Made by a program: the position numbers and the translations under genes. The notes under the pieces are model-generated. The model had not been told where the DNA came from. It was given only the letters and a program-made list of their open reading frames with translations, and searched no databases. A stretch of DNA of 64,000 bases. It comes from Reclinomonas americana ATCC 50394 (Eukaryota). Location: assembly GCA_048213135.1 (NCBI GenBank), contig PS015245.1:22472-86471 (forward strand), given 5' to 3'. This document shows, one piece after another, positions 49,855-61,713 of the stretch (positions are counted from its first letter, which is position 1; the number at the start of each line of letters is the position of its first letter).

Positions 49855-50337
49855 GCGCGGAGTGCAAGACGCAACAAGAATGGCAGGTCCCTGTGCACGC
49901 CACACAAACAGCGCAAGGTGAGAACTTTTCACAAACGAAACAGGAACTTCGTGTGCTTCTCACACACACACACACTGAAGAAAAAGAATGAGAGACGCAA
50001 CATTGTAAACAGTCGGCGTCGCATCCCATCCTGCCAAATCAATCAACACGGACACACACACAGACAGACACACACAGCAGTGTGTTAGCACGAGCGCAGA
50101 GTGAATTGCACGTGAGAAGTGCAGGAGTCATAGTGCGCGACATTGCCGCAAAACACACACACACACTCTTTTTGTCTTCTTTCTTTCGTGCTCACCATCG
50201 CGACCCATCATTGAGCAGTCGGCGACGACAATGGCCGCGCCCCAGCACAGCACAAAGTAGGCGCCCAGCTGCAGGAATCGCTGCACAAACACAGACGCAG
50301 TGGCGGTCGGCGTCTTGCGAGAACGAGCACCAGCCAT
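49855..50337 (-). CDS. Possible multi-exon hydrophobic protein (5' part), unknown
   Basis: ORF MAGARSRKTP..FLQLGAYFVLCWGAAIVVADCSMMGRD ends at a GTGAGC donor. Further short exon-like segments include a GTTGCG donor near 49996. The model runs toward the gap. Confidence 0.35.
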
Positions 50338-50605
50338 CTGCCACAGACACAGAGAGAGATGAGTGAGTCAGTGTGAGTGAGAGGAAGACGCGTGTGTGTG
50401 AGCTGTGCGCACCGTGACGGGAGATTGAGCGTGTGTGCGGATCGCGCGATCAACGAATGGAGCCGCGGTTTACTTAGTGAAATCGGGAATGCCTTGGTGC
50501 AGAGTGGAGGGTGTTGCTGGGGATGCGGTGGTGCCACCAGCACTCACAGGTGTGTGTGTGTGAGAGAGGGAGGGAAGGGCAAAGGAGAAATCGGACGGAG
50601 ACTGT

Positions 50606-50680
<75 letters not shown>

Positions 50681-50748
50681 TGAGAGTGAGCGAGTGTGTG
50701 TGTGAGATATCAACGCTTTAGGTGACGCTTTATCCGTGCATTTAGGTC

Positions 50749-53700
50749 ATGGATGCGCGCTGGTGTCTGGATCGCTGTTTGTGTTTGGTGGGTATGCTGT
50801 GGCGGAGCGGAGGCTCACGAATCAGATTCTGGAGTTTGTGCCGAGTTACCCGCCTGTGCATGCTTTGTATGTGTTGAGGTTCGTGTTGGGTTGCTGATGG
50901 TTGTGTGTGCGGGTAGGGACGTTGGAGTGGATGCCGCTGAGTGCGGTGGGTGAGCGGCCGCCGCCGTGCTCGCATCATGGCATGTGCAGTGATGATCGCA
51001 GCTTCTATGTGGTCGGCGGATTGGCTGGTGCGCAGTAGGGGACTTGTTTTTTTGTTGTTCTCGTGGATCTTCTTCTTCTTCTTCTCCTCCTCGTCCTCGT
51101 CCTTCTCCTCCTTCTGTTCTTGTTCTTCTTTTTTCCTGTTCTTCTTCTTGTTCTTCTCCTCCTTCTTGCTCCTGTTCTTCTTCTTGTTCTTCTTGTTCTT
51201 CTTCTTCTTCTTCTTCTTCTTCTTCTTCTTCTTCTTCTTCTTCTTCTTCTTCTTCTTGTTCTTGTTCTTCTTCTTCTTATNNNNNNNNNNNNNNNNNNNN
51301 NNNNNNNNNNNNNNNNNNNNNNNNNNNNNNNNNNNNNNNNNNNNNNNNNNNNNNNNNNNNNNNNNNNNNNNNNNNNNNNNNNNNNNNNNNNNNNNNNNNN
51401 NNNNNNNNNNNNNNNNNNNNNNNNNNNNNNNNNNNNNNNNNNNNNNNNNNNNNNNNNNNNNNNNNNNNNNNNNNNNNNNNNNNNNNNNNNNNNNNNNNNN
51501 NNNNNNNNNNNNNNNNNNNNNNNNNNNNNNNNNNNNNNNNNNNNNNNNNNNNNNNNNNNNNNNNNNNNNNNNNNNNNNNNNNNNNNNNNNNNNNNNNNNN
51601 NNNNNNNNNNNNNNNNNNNNNNNNNNNNNNNNNCTTCTTCTTCTTCTTCTTCTTGTTCTTGTTCTTCTTCTTCTTATTCCTGTTCTTCTTCTTCTTGTTC
51701 TTCTTGTTCTTCTTCTTCTTGGCCTTTTCCCTCTCTGGTCTCTCGGTGTTCTTCTTCTTCTTCTCCTCCTTCTTCCTTCGTGTGCCTGACATCGATGCTT
51801 CTTCTTCTTCTCTTCGCCAAGACCGCGGTGTGGAATCGGACGCGGATGCCGATACCGAGGAAGTGTGTTTGCACACGGTGTACTCGTTCATGCCGGCGGG
51901 GCGGGCGTGGACGCGACTGCGATGCACTGGGTTGCGTGTGCCTGTTTCCCCGGCTTCTCTCTCGCCACTAGCGTGATGACTGACGTGTGGATCGATCGTG
52001 CACAGCTTGTCGATGAGTGCGCGAATGGGAGTGTGCTGTGAGATTGTCGACAACCAGCTGGTGGTGTTTGGTGGCAAGAGCGTGCACGCCTCGGTCACCA
52101 CCTTTCCCGACAATGTGTGGATTGTGCGTCGCTCTGCTTTCCCTTCCTGTCACTCTCGTCTATCGAGTGCGCTCACATCGTGGTGATTCGATGTGCAGGC
52201 GGACTTGCGGCAACGCTCCCCTCTGGGTGAGGTCTCGACTGTCAGTCTGGAGCCCACACCTGAGCAATTATCGTTGCGTTCCTTCTCTCTGTGCGCACGC
52301 GACCAGCCGCTCTCCATGCTGACTTGGTTACCGACGGCAGTGCGTGGCCGTGCGGTCGAGTGTATCACTGCTCGTGTGCACTCGGCAGTGACTCGTTTCT
52401 CGTTTTCGGTGGTCGCAGTCTGAGTGGTGTGCTGCTGGATGATCTGTGGTGCTTTGACTGCAGTTGCGAGGACACTGCCTCCCCATGTCGCTTCCTCTTC
52501 TCAACCTTCACTCGAACGGATCGCAGAGTCGCAAACGTGGAAACAACTGTCGGCACTCGCTGACCCGTCGCATCGCGTCACCAGCTGGCCGCTAGGTCGT
52601 GAAAAGGCCAAGCTGGTGGCGCTGGATCGCGATTGCTTCCTCCTCTTTGGCGGCTGGTCCGACGCAGCGGGTGCACGGAACGATCTGTGGCGCTGTGATG
52701 TCGGTGCGTGTGACAACCAACAAGCGTTTGTCTGTCTGTGAAAGAGAGCTCATCCTCGCGCAGACCTGCCGTCGGGACAGTGCCACTGGACCGTGATTGA
52801 GAGTCACTTTGAGCATCCAGACATGGGCGTACGACTGCGCTTCTCGCGCATGATTGAGGCGGAGCGGAAGCAGTGGCGGCCGTTGTTGAGACCGCCGAGT
52901 GCGCATTGGACCCTGTCGCAAACGTCGCTCGATCAGGTGCACGATTCGGCGCGTGCATTGGAGGGCCGCGGCACTGCGGTGTCGCGTGAGAAGGCCGCCA
53001 AGGCGCTCTCTGTGCTGCACCACCACCCGCCGCCCATGATGGACCACACGTTCTGTCGCGGCAGTGGACCGCGCGAGTTTTTCGTGTTTGGTGGCTCGGG
53101 GCCGTTGGGCCTCTCGAACCGACTGTACCGCCTCACCGATGCCGACGACGGCGCCCCTGCTGGTTTGTTTTTTGTGTTGCCCCTCTGAATCCACTATTGC
53201 GTCACTTATTCCTGGGTCTTTGGCAGGCACGAGGAGACACCTGCAGGTGCGCACTCGCTTTCGCGCCCTCGCCTCGGTCATGGGTGGTGGCAGCGTTGGG
53301 GGCAGTGGAGGTGTTCGATCACCGGTGAACCGCCTGATGCCTCGCACGCACCACTCGCGCATGCCAACATCACTGCTGGAGCAATTGGTTCCGGAGCAGG
53401 GAGCTCCGCAGTCGCTGAGCGTTCATCCTGGCAACGCTCACCGCCAGCACGACGATGGCGACTATGACGAGGATGATTACGACCAGGAGTATGATGATGA
53501 CGACGACGAAGACGCTTACGAGGACGACGAGTATGAGGAAGAGGAGGAGGGGGGAAAGGGAGAGGATGATGGCGTGGGTGGAGAAGGAGAGGGTGAGGAT
53601 GGCGACTCTGACGACGATTTGGCCAACACTATGCGCAAAGCAAAGTACGTTCCAGCGGCTTTGCGAGGTTTGTCGAGTATTGCAGTACTTCGGTTGTGAA

Positions 53701-54804
53701 AGGCGCTGACGCTCCGAGTGCAGTTCGCGACGTCAAGGACCTCGGTGAATTCGGTCACATTCTCGAGTGCAGTATGCCGTCGGCGGCCGAAGTGGCCGAG
53801 CTAAAGGCCATGGTCGAGGGCGCCAAACTCCGCAGCCAGCTGCAGCGCAACCTGGCCAAGAACGCCAAGTCGACCAAGAAGAAGCCGGCTGGCAAGCAGC
53901 GTCGCTCGCCGTCGTTTGCCGACGCCGATGAATTCGATCCGGACGATCCACTCGGGCAGAAGCGGATGGAGAAGCGGCGCAGCATGAATCGACAGGAGCT
54001 GATCCAGGACTTTGAGAATGTGCTCTGTTGCGTGAATCGTCTCCTTCCTTGTCACGCATTCTCACCAACGCATTGACGGATTCCCTTTCTTTCTTTGCTT
54101 GTTTCGCCAACTTAGCCACTGTTGAGCGCGAACTCGGCAGCGGACCGACGATGCCCGTCATCTCGTTCGCCAAGCGGAGCACGCAGCGGAAGCGGATCCA
54201 GCAGTTCACCTTTCCCGCCGCCGTGCAGCGGCAGACGGCAGAGGCACCGGTGTTTCCGCGCCTTTCCTCACCGAAACGTCGCTGGCGCAGCGATTTCCTG
54301 AACGAGCAGGGCGAAAAGAGACCACCGTTGTGGGTTGGTGATGGTGCGTTGCGTCGACACAGTGTGCCTGCGTTTCCTCTTCTTCTTACACGCAAACCAG
54401 GCTTCAGTAACGAAGTTCGATTGACGCGCTCCGATATGCGCTGCCTCGTGCGCAAGCACCAGCGAGAGGAGCGCATCTGGCGCAACGAAACAGGAAACCT
54501 CATGGCGCATGTCGACTGGGATCCGCGACCAATCCAGCGCACCAAGATGGAAGCGACGCACGTGCGAAATGTGGCACTGCCGCGCTTGTTCGACTCGCCC
54601 GAGGACGATGCAGCGAAGCGACGGCACTCTGCACCACTGGTCGACACTGGTCGACACGTGCGCTGGCGTTCTCCGTCACCACCGGTACGTTCACACAATT
54701 CGCTTGCGCCGCTGTCTTCTTCTCTTGTCTCACAGTTGTCGTGCAGCGGGCCGCCCCAGCTGCAAGTCCCTAACACGCCCCTAATTCTTTGCCTCTGCCT
54801 GTAA
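50749..54804 (+). CDS. Kelch-repeat (beta-propeller) protein with acidic and low-complexity C-terminal region
   Basis: Kelch blades: PPPCSHHGMC..FYVVGG; ARMGVCC..LVVFGG..DNVW; PCGRVYHCSC..FLVFGG..LDDLWCFD; PLGREKAKL..FLLFGG..RNDLWRCD; PPPMMDHTF..FFVFGG..SNRLYRL. Start and stop approximate. Confidence 0.8.
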
Positions 54805-54884
54805 ATCCACAGCCCGCGCCTGTTAATGTATGATTACCGAGTGTACTGTGTTATCTTAGGAGAGAAGTGAATGAGTTTTATGGA

Positions 54885-57800
54885 TTAGCGCATGAAGCCC
54901 CAGTTGCGAATAAGGCGCGGACCCTTGAACCGCCTCTTGTACTTGGGTCGCATGATCTTGATCTCGGCGTCGCCCACCGACACGGCACTCGGGCTGTCGA
55001 ATTTGCTGAAGACTGCACAGTCGATGAGGAACAACAGTTGCCGGGCACGAAGTGACGACAATGCACGCAACAGCGAGTCTTGTTATCCTCGAGCGAGAAG
55101 CGCACCGACTTGGGCGAGCCCGGGCTGCGCGGTTCGCGCCTCGGTGTCACCGGAGATGCGGGCGACTCGTCGGTCTTGGCGGCCTTGTTCTTGTTCTTCT
55201 TTTTCTTCTTCTCAGTCTCTGCTGCGCGCACAAGCGCAAATTATCAGTCGCAAAACACGCATACCAAGCGAGCACTATAGACACACCACTACTTTCGCCG
55301 ACTTGCTGCGCGGACGATGAAGCAGCTGTTCGAGTTGCGAGGAGGTGAGCGGGGACGGAACACCAATCACCACCAGAGAAGCCCACATACCGTGTCCATT
55401 AGCTGCCTTCTCCCCGTCAACCTTCATCGGCATTGCTGCGTCGTCGTCTTCAGCAGCTGGGGGTGTCGAGACGTCCTCCGCGGCCGCTGCGAACCACAGA
55501 CAGATACGCGAGTGAGTAAGACCGGAAGAGCACACAGAGAGACAGACAACTCCGATCGACGCACCAGTGTTTTGCTTCTTTGACTTTCGCTTCTTGGCCT
55601 TGGTGCTGCCATTGGCTGCCTGGGTTGCGATCGGGGTGTGCGAAGCTGTGCAGCATATCACCCGCGTCAGTCACACAGTGTGCACCACATGGAAACGCGG
55701 CGACGACAACTCACATGAGGCGGAATCAGCTGCGCACCGACAGTCGTAGGTCACAGTCAGCACAGCGTAATCATAAGCACCACCAGCATCACCACCACTA
55801 ACCAGCAGAAACCTCCTCGATCGAAGGTGTCCACAGATGCTCCATGAGATGTTCCACTCCATCGGAACGATCCTCATCGTAGCTAAAGATCAAGTCAACG
55901 TCGTCAATGTCTTCGTCATTAATTTCTTCATCATCGTCGCCGCTGTGATGATCCTCATCCTGTCGGTCCTTGCTCGTCGCTGATAAAGCATGAGCAGAGG
56001 ATAAGAGGCACATTGGCTGGCTTATTTGAGTTACTGCGGCTCACCAGTGACCACCGACTTTCCATTGGCGGTCTTGCGCTTCTTCGTCCCCGGCTCGTCT
56101 TCCTCGGTGTCACGTGACCTCTTGGTGGCTGACGTCAAACAAACACAGTCAGCAGAGCGATGAAACCAAGTGAAGTAATGGATATCTACGCACCAGGACG
56201 ACGTCGCACCGCATTAACAGCCTTGGCAGCCAGGGTGAGGTCGTCGACGTCCAGGTTGGCTGCGCGGCAGTGCGCAACTGTGTGAGCCAATTGCCACAGA
56301 ACCACGAGAACCCTCCATATCGTACACACTCACCCGTGGCCACAGCGTGACGCGCACGCGTGCGTTGGAGACACTTGAGTGTGTCTGGTACCAATGGCAA
56401 GATCTACAAGAACGATGAATACCACACGCAATGTCATGGAGTGCTCCAACACCAAACCCACCCAATCTTCTTCATCTTCATCGACTTGTGCCACGCGGAA
56501 GCACTGGCGCCGCAGTGACGCCAGGATCAAGCGATTGCGCTGCATCACGTCGCTGCCCCGACACAACACCGCCATAAGGATACAAATGCAGCGAAACTCG
56601 GCATCAGCACACACAAGAGTCTGCACGCAACGGACGCTGCTCAAACTCGCGCAAGACAGCCGACAACATGCGCAAGTTGATGTCGAATAAATTCTCCTTC
56701 GGATTGGCCATCGTGATCGCGAGTTGGAATACGTGCTGGACAACAAACTCCAGTAGTTTCTGGTTCGTGCCATAGGCCACCAGGTTGATGAATGGGCGCA
56801 GCAGTACCAGCAGGGTATTGCTGCATAGCAACCCGCCTCCAGCCTCCAGCAGCATGACCACGAAACCCTTCATGACGTCAAAGGCGAGGCCGACGCGCAG
56901 CTTGGCAGTGGCGCGCAGCGATCGTCCCAACTGCGAGCCAAGACGGTCAGCGACAATCATCGTGGGGGTAACCAGCATTTTCACACTCCACTGGCGACTG
57001 ACCTGAGTGGCGCGCTTGCGTGTGTCTATCGAGGCTTTCTCGATCAGCGCACGCTTTGTTTTGCGATCCAGACGCGAGCCCTCTGCATTCTCCGTCAGTC
57101 GTTGCATGTCTACACGCCCTCCCTCTCCCCTTCACATCGCACGCAACTTGCTTCAGTGGCCTGCTTCACCAGCTCGTCGACAGACAAATGCTCTTCGCCC
57201 TCGTCGACCACATCGCTCACCAGCGGCTGCGCCAATGGCGTAAACACGTGCTGGAAGAGAATGTTGGCCACCGTCTCTGCCGCCAGATTCCCAGGCTCAT
57301 TGACTTCCTCTCGCTTGTCACCATCATCACTGCCACCACGACCTCTGATGGTTTCCATGATGCGTTTCTGCTCCTGGTCCACATTGACCACCATGTTAAG
57401 CATGTTCCGCAGTCCAGTCATCAGCAAAAGGTAGAACTCCTGCGCGCGCAGTCCCTTTGACAAATCCCACTCGCGTTGCAGTGCGATCAGGAAGCACTCG
57501 GCAAAGCGCATCACCAGAATGCCCGTCGACGGCACCAACATCACTCTCGCTATGCGTTGCACCATCTCCCGCTGCACATCCTTGTTCTTCTTCACGCGTA
57601 CCAGTGCTGCACAACGTGCACGTCAACAAGGAGCGGAGGGCAAGAAGATGAGAGAGGAGAACTGCTCACCATAAAAGAGGCTCTTCCACAAGCCCAAGAT
57701 CGCGCCATCAGAGAGCTCAGTCTGCCGACGCACCAATTGCCCCAACGACTTGAACGCCTCACCACGCACAATGCGATCTGCAAGTGAGTGTGAGTGTCTT

Positions 57801-57907
57801 GAGTCGCGTTGATGTGCATCTGCACCAACACCACCAACTCACACAATCCACTCACCAGCGTGTCCCAGGCGCGTCGCCAGCTGCTCACCAATCGCCGACG
57901 CAGTCAT
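54885..57907 (-). CDS. RRP1: Ribosomal RNA processing protein 1 (Nop52/RRP1) homolog
   Basis: Spliced N-terminus ..LWKSLFYALVRVKKNKDVQREMVQRIA..FLIALQREWDLSKGLRAQEFYLLL resembles the Nop52 domain (LWKGLFY..Q..REWxxIDxLRLDKFY). The K-rich tail has SPKSVRFSLEDNKT, an RVxF-like motif as in RRP1B. Confidence 0.8.
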
Positions 57908-58013
57908 CGCCACACACACGAGCTGCTCACACCACACACACACACGCGAAAGACGATGATGACGATGATGTCACCAATTGTCTGCACTGCGTCTCTCTCT
58001 CTCTGCTGTCAGA

Positions 58014-60630
58014 ATGTCAAGCGACGGTTGGTCTGTGGTTCGTCCGGGCGACGCGCACGCCTCATCTGCATCTGCACGCAGCGGAGGCGGCGGGAAGAAG
58101 GCCAAGTCGGCAGCAGCACCAGCTGCTGCTGCTGCACCAGTTGCTGTGGAGGCGGTTGCCGTGCCAAAGCCCAAGGCCAGCAAGAAGGCAAAGAGCGGCA
58201 TGGGATCGGCCAGTGCCAGTGGCGGAGGGTTGCGTTGCACGCGCGTGTGTGTGCATGCCTGTGTGTGTGACATGCCTGACACGCGTCCAGAGTGTTTGCG
58301 GAGACTGCGGCCTTGTTTGATGTCGACGAGCTGGAGGAGTTTGAGGCACGCATAGCGGAGCAAAGCAGTGGAGAGCGCAAGCGTGGACCCAAGAAGGTCT
58401 CGTCATCAATCACCAATGCATGCATGCACGTTCAAATTCGCTCATTGTGTTGTGATAGGTACTGAATGGAACCATGAAGCGCATTGATGCGACGCAGCAG
58501 GCCGGCTGCGCAGTGAAGCGACCGACTACGGCACTGGTGAAACGCATTGCAGAGGTCAAGGCGGAGAAGGCGCGTGTCAATAGTGTCACGACGGTGGAGA
58601 TTCCGAAGGCTGCTGGTATGTGTTGCATGTGGAGTTGTCTGCTGCCGTGCGCCATGTGGTGACCCGGGCGTGCGACGCAGCTGCACAGGGCAAGTCCAAG
58701 AAGAACAAGCAGAATCAGGGAGGCTCGTCGTCGTCGTCGTCTTCCTCTCGTCGATCGTTGGCAGAGGCCGTTGCGAATGTTTCGTGGGTCGTTTGCCGAC
58801 GAAGTTGGTGGCGTGCTGCTGACGCGTCTAGTTGCAGTTGAGGGTGGATGCGTTGGAGGAGGCGATTGCGGCGGCGGTGGAGGGCTACCGGAACCATCCA
58901 GCCGAGCAGCTGCGCATGGTGGCGGCCACGTGTGAGAACAAGATGTCGTTTGTGTATGATGTGTCGGCGGCGACGTTGAATGATCCAGCGTTCCCTGCCT
59001 CGGCTGTGTCGCCGGCTGTCAACCGTGTACTGGCGCGCTTCTGCTCGTCGTTGCCGGTGGGCTCGGCGGCGGATTTCCTGGAGAGCTCTGTGCAGGCGTT
59101 GCATTTGCCGGCGGATGTGGCGGACAGCTTGCCGGGCGTCGGTCTTGGATTGCGCCTGGTGGTACAGGCGGCCGTGCGAGCGCTGCCGTATGACTTTGCC
59201 AGTGTGGCGCCGCGCATCCTCCGCCTGGCGTCGCAGTCGTCGCGTCGCTTCCCCATCGATGGAAAGTTTATGTCGAGTCTGTTGTGGTTCTGTGAGCAGC
59301 AGCGTGCCGTGAGCGCGCGTGCCGCCATCTATTGTTGCGTGGACGTCTGCCCCGCTGCCTGTCTGTGTGCGCTGATTCGCCGACTTCTGATCTCGATGTG
59401 TGTACGTCGCAGCGTTCTTGAATGTGCTTCACCCCGTGTCGGAGCTGGTGGGCGGTTCCGCGGAGACGCAAGCCCTCCAATTCCTGTCTCGCACGTGTGA
59501 AGCTCGTCTCAGTGCCGAGTTTCGTTCCCTCCTTTTGCATTCTTGTTGCTGCTGCTGTTTCTTATAATCCCTTTTTTGCCGCCTCAGTGATGTGGCGAAT
59601 CAGGAATACGTCGCCCCAGCCACTCTGGTGGAATACGTCGGTCATGCTGCGGATGCCAACAACGAAATCATGTCGGCAACCCTGGAGACCGTTCTGCAGG
59701 CGGTGGTGTTTGGCAGTCCTCACTCGCCTCGAGTGTACTTTAGCCGGCTGGCTCGTCTGGCAGTGGACACGCCGCATGAGCCGCTGCAGCAGCAGGTGCG
59801 TCTCTTTTTCTCGCTCTTTCCTCTCTTACACACTCACACGTTGCGTCGGCACAGTTGGCACGACTGTGTGCACGATCACTGGTCACGGACAAGTTCTGTG
59901 CTTCCACTGTGAACCAAATCGCCGACGCAGAGTGTGTGGCCTTTGTTGTGAATGCCTTGTCGACACGGTGGCGTGATGAGTCGCGACAGGTGTGTTGATG
60001 CGGTGAGAGTGACGTGCTTCGTGGTCGCGTAGTGCTCACTCAATCATTGTGAGCGCAGCTGACACTGGAGGTGGCGGACTCGCTGACAACGGCGCTGAAA
60101 GGGTTGGTCGCCGAGTCGCCCAGCAATCCACACATCTTGCAGGTGAGAGTGATCGCGGGCGTCAGCAGACGCACAGTCTCACTCACTTGTCGTGTCCCCG
60201 CAGCTGTCGCCCGCTGACCTGGCCACGCTGCGCAAGCAGGGCTCGGTGTGTAGTGCGTCCTGTTACGTGCCCAATCAGAGAAACTCAATCCTGTCCCTCT
60301 TTCCTCGATGCAGCGCATGGTGAGTTCGCTGGCCGACATGCGCTCCTCTCTGGCTGCCTCGGCCGCCAACAGGAGAACGAATGCCAGTGGTTCCGCAGGC
60401 AGCGCGGCGCGGTACGTCACTTTTGATCACTTCCTCGATAACGGTGAGCGCACGAGCTCACTCCCGTCCCCGGCAGCTCTGGCGATGTGGCGGTGCAAGC
60501 GGTGGTGGCGGCACGCAGCGCCACTGGCCCCTCATGGGGTGTCACCATTCTGCGACTCGTGCTGACTGGCGGTGCTGCTTTGGCCGGCTTCTGGCTGGCG
60601 TTCAAGGTGGGCGCCGGCAGATGGGTCTGA
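58014..60630 (+). CDS. TMEM214-like protein (N-terminal W-x-V-V/K-rich segment, helical core, C-terminal TM helix)
   Basis: Begins MSSDGWSVVRPG...KKAK and splices in frame through a helical region. Ends ..TILRLVLTGGAALAGFWLAFKVGAGRWV* (TM segment). The CDS is clear; the family assignment is tentative. Confidence 0.55.
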
Positions 60631-60744
60631 TCACGCGCATGCTGCGCCAACACAGGGTGGGGGAATGGGTTGTTTTTTCGTTTATGAAACAATGAGACTG
60701 CCGATGTGGATGAAAAGGGGTGCACGCCTGTCGCGGAACCACGA

Positions 60745-61636
60745 TCACACCATTGCTGCAATGTCCTTCAGCTGTTCGCAGTACATGCGGTAGAAGAGCG
60801 TGGCGATAAAGTTGAACGGCGTGTCAACCTCCTCGCCCGTCAGCTGCGACACGAAATTGATAAGAGACACGATCATCGCATGCCCTCGATCCCACTTCAC
60901 ACACCGCCGACGAGAGGAACAGCTGCAGTCCGTGTCGCTGCGCAAAGAACGCCGCCTCGTCCAGCGACACTGCCTGTCGCTGCTTCAGATCGATCTTGTT
61001 GGCCACCACCACACCTGCGCGCCAGCAGGTAAGAACGAGGCTCACACACGCCTGTGCGCACACAGACGCAACAAGGCACATTCTGGATCTCTGGTCGCGA
61101 CTGCTTCAACACATCCAACCACTTGGCAGTGGCCCTGAACGACTCGGGCGATGTGGTGTCGAAAACCAACATGAAGGCGTTGAATCCATCAATCTACACG
61201 CGACTTTAGCAGTGATGAGAGAGTGAGAGAACAGTGAGAAAGTGAGACGCACCAGTGAGGGCACCATGTCATCATACAACTCGTGGCCCGACACATCGTG
61301 AATGTACAGCTCCACAGTGACCTCGCTGTCGGGGATGTGAACCGGCTTGACTGACAACTCCACGCCATCCGTCTGATCAAGGCCAGTGAGCAAGAGTGAG
61401 CAAGAGTGAGAGTGAGTGTGTCTTGGCGCGCACCATGACGTAGTTCTTGGCAAACGTGGTGCCATTGCTGTGAAACATCTGACACAGACAGCTCTTGCCG
61501 ACCGTTGACGCGCCTGTTGTGTGAGTGAGAGAAGAGAGAGACAGGCAGTGAGCGGCTTGTCATGTGCACACTGTAGAGAGTGAGTGAGCGAGGGACACAG
61601 ACCAACGACGACCAACTTGCATCTGAGAGTGACCAT
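60745..61636 (-). CDS. IFT27: Intraflagellar transport protein 27 (Rab-like GTPase RABL4)
   Basis: Spliced: MVTLRCKLVVVGASTVGKSCLCQMFHSNGTTFAKNYVMTDGVELSVKPVHIPD..ELYIHDVSGHELY..VVANKIDL..LSSA..VDTPFNFIA. This is the IFT27 signature, with no CAAX. Confidence 0.93.
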
Positions 61637-61713
61637 ATTCTCAACTCCCACTCTGATTGCGATTTGATTTCCCGCCTTCACAGCGAGCATCGCGCCATTC
61701 ATTGTTTCGGTGC

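Noticed and set aside
57585-57605. In-frame TGA (..HWYA*) suggesting readthrough or recoding in RRP1
   Set aside because: Phase-1 splicing (TAT G|CA CTG GTA CGC GTG AAG) gives an open frame with the standard code.
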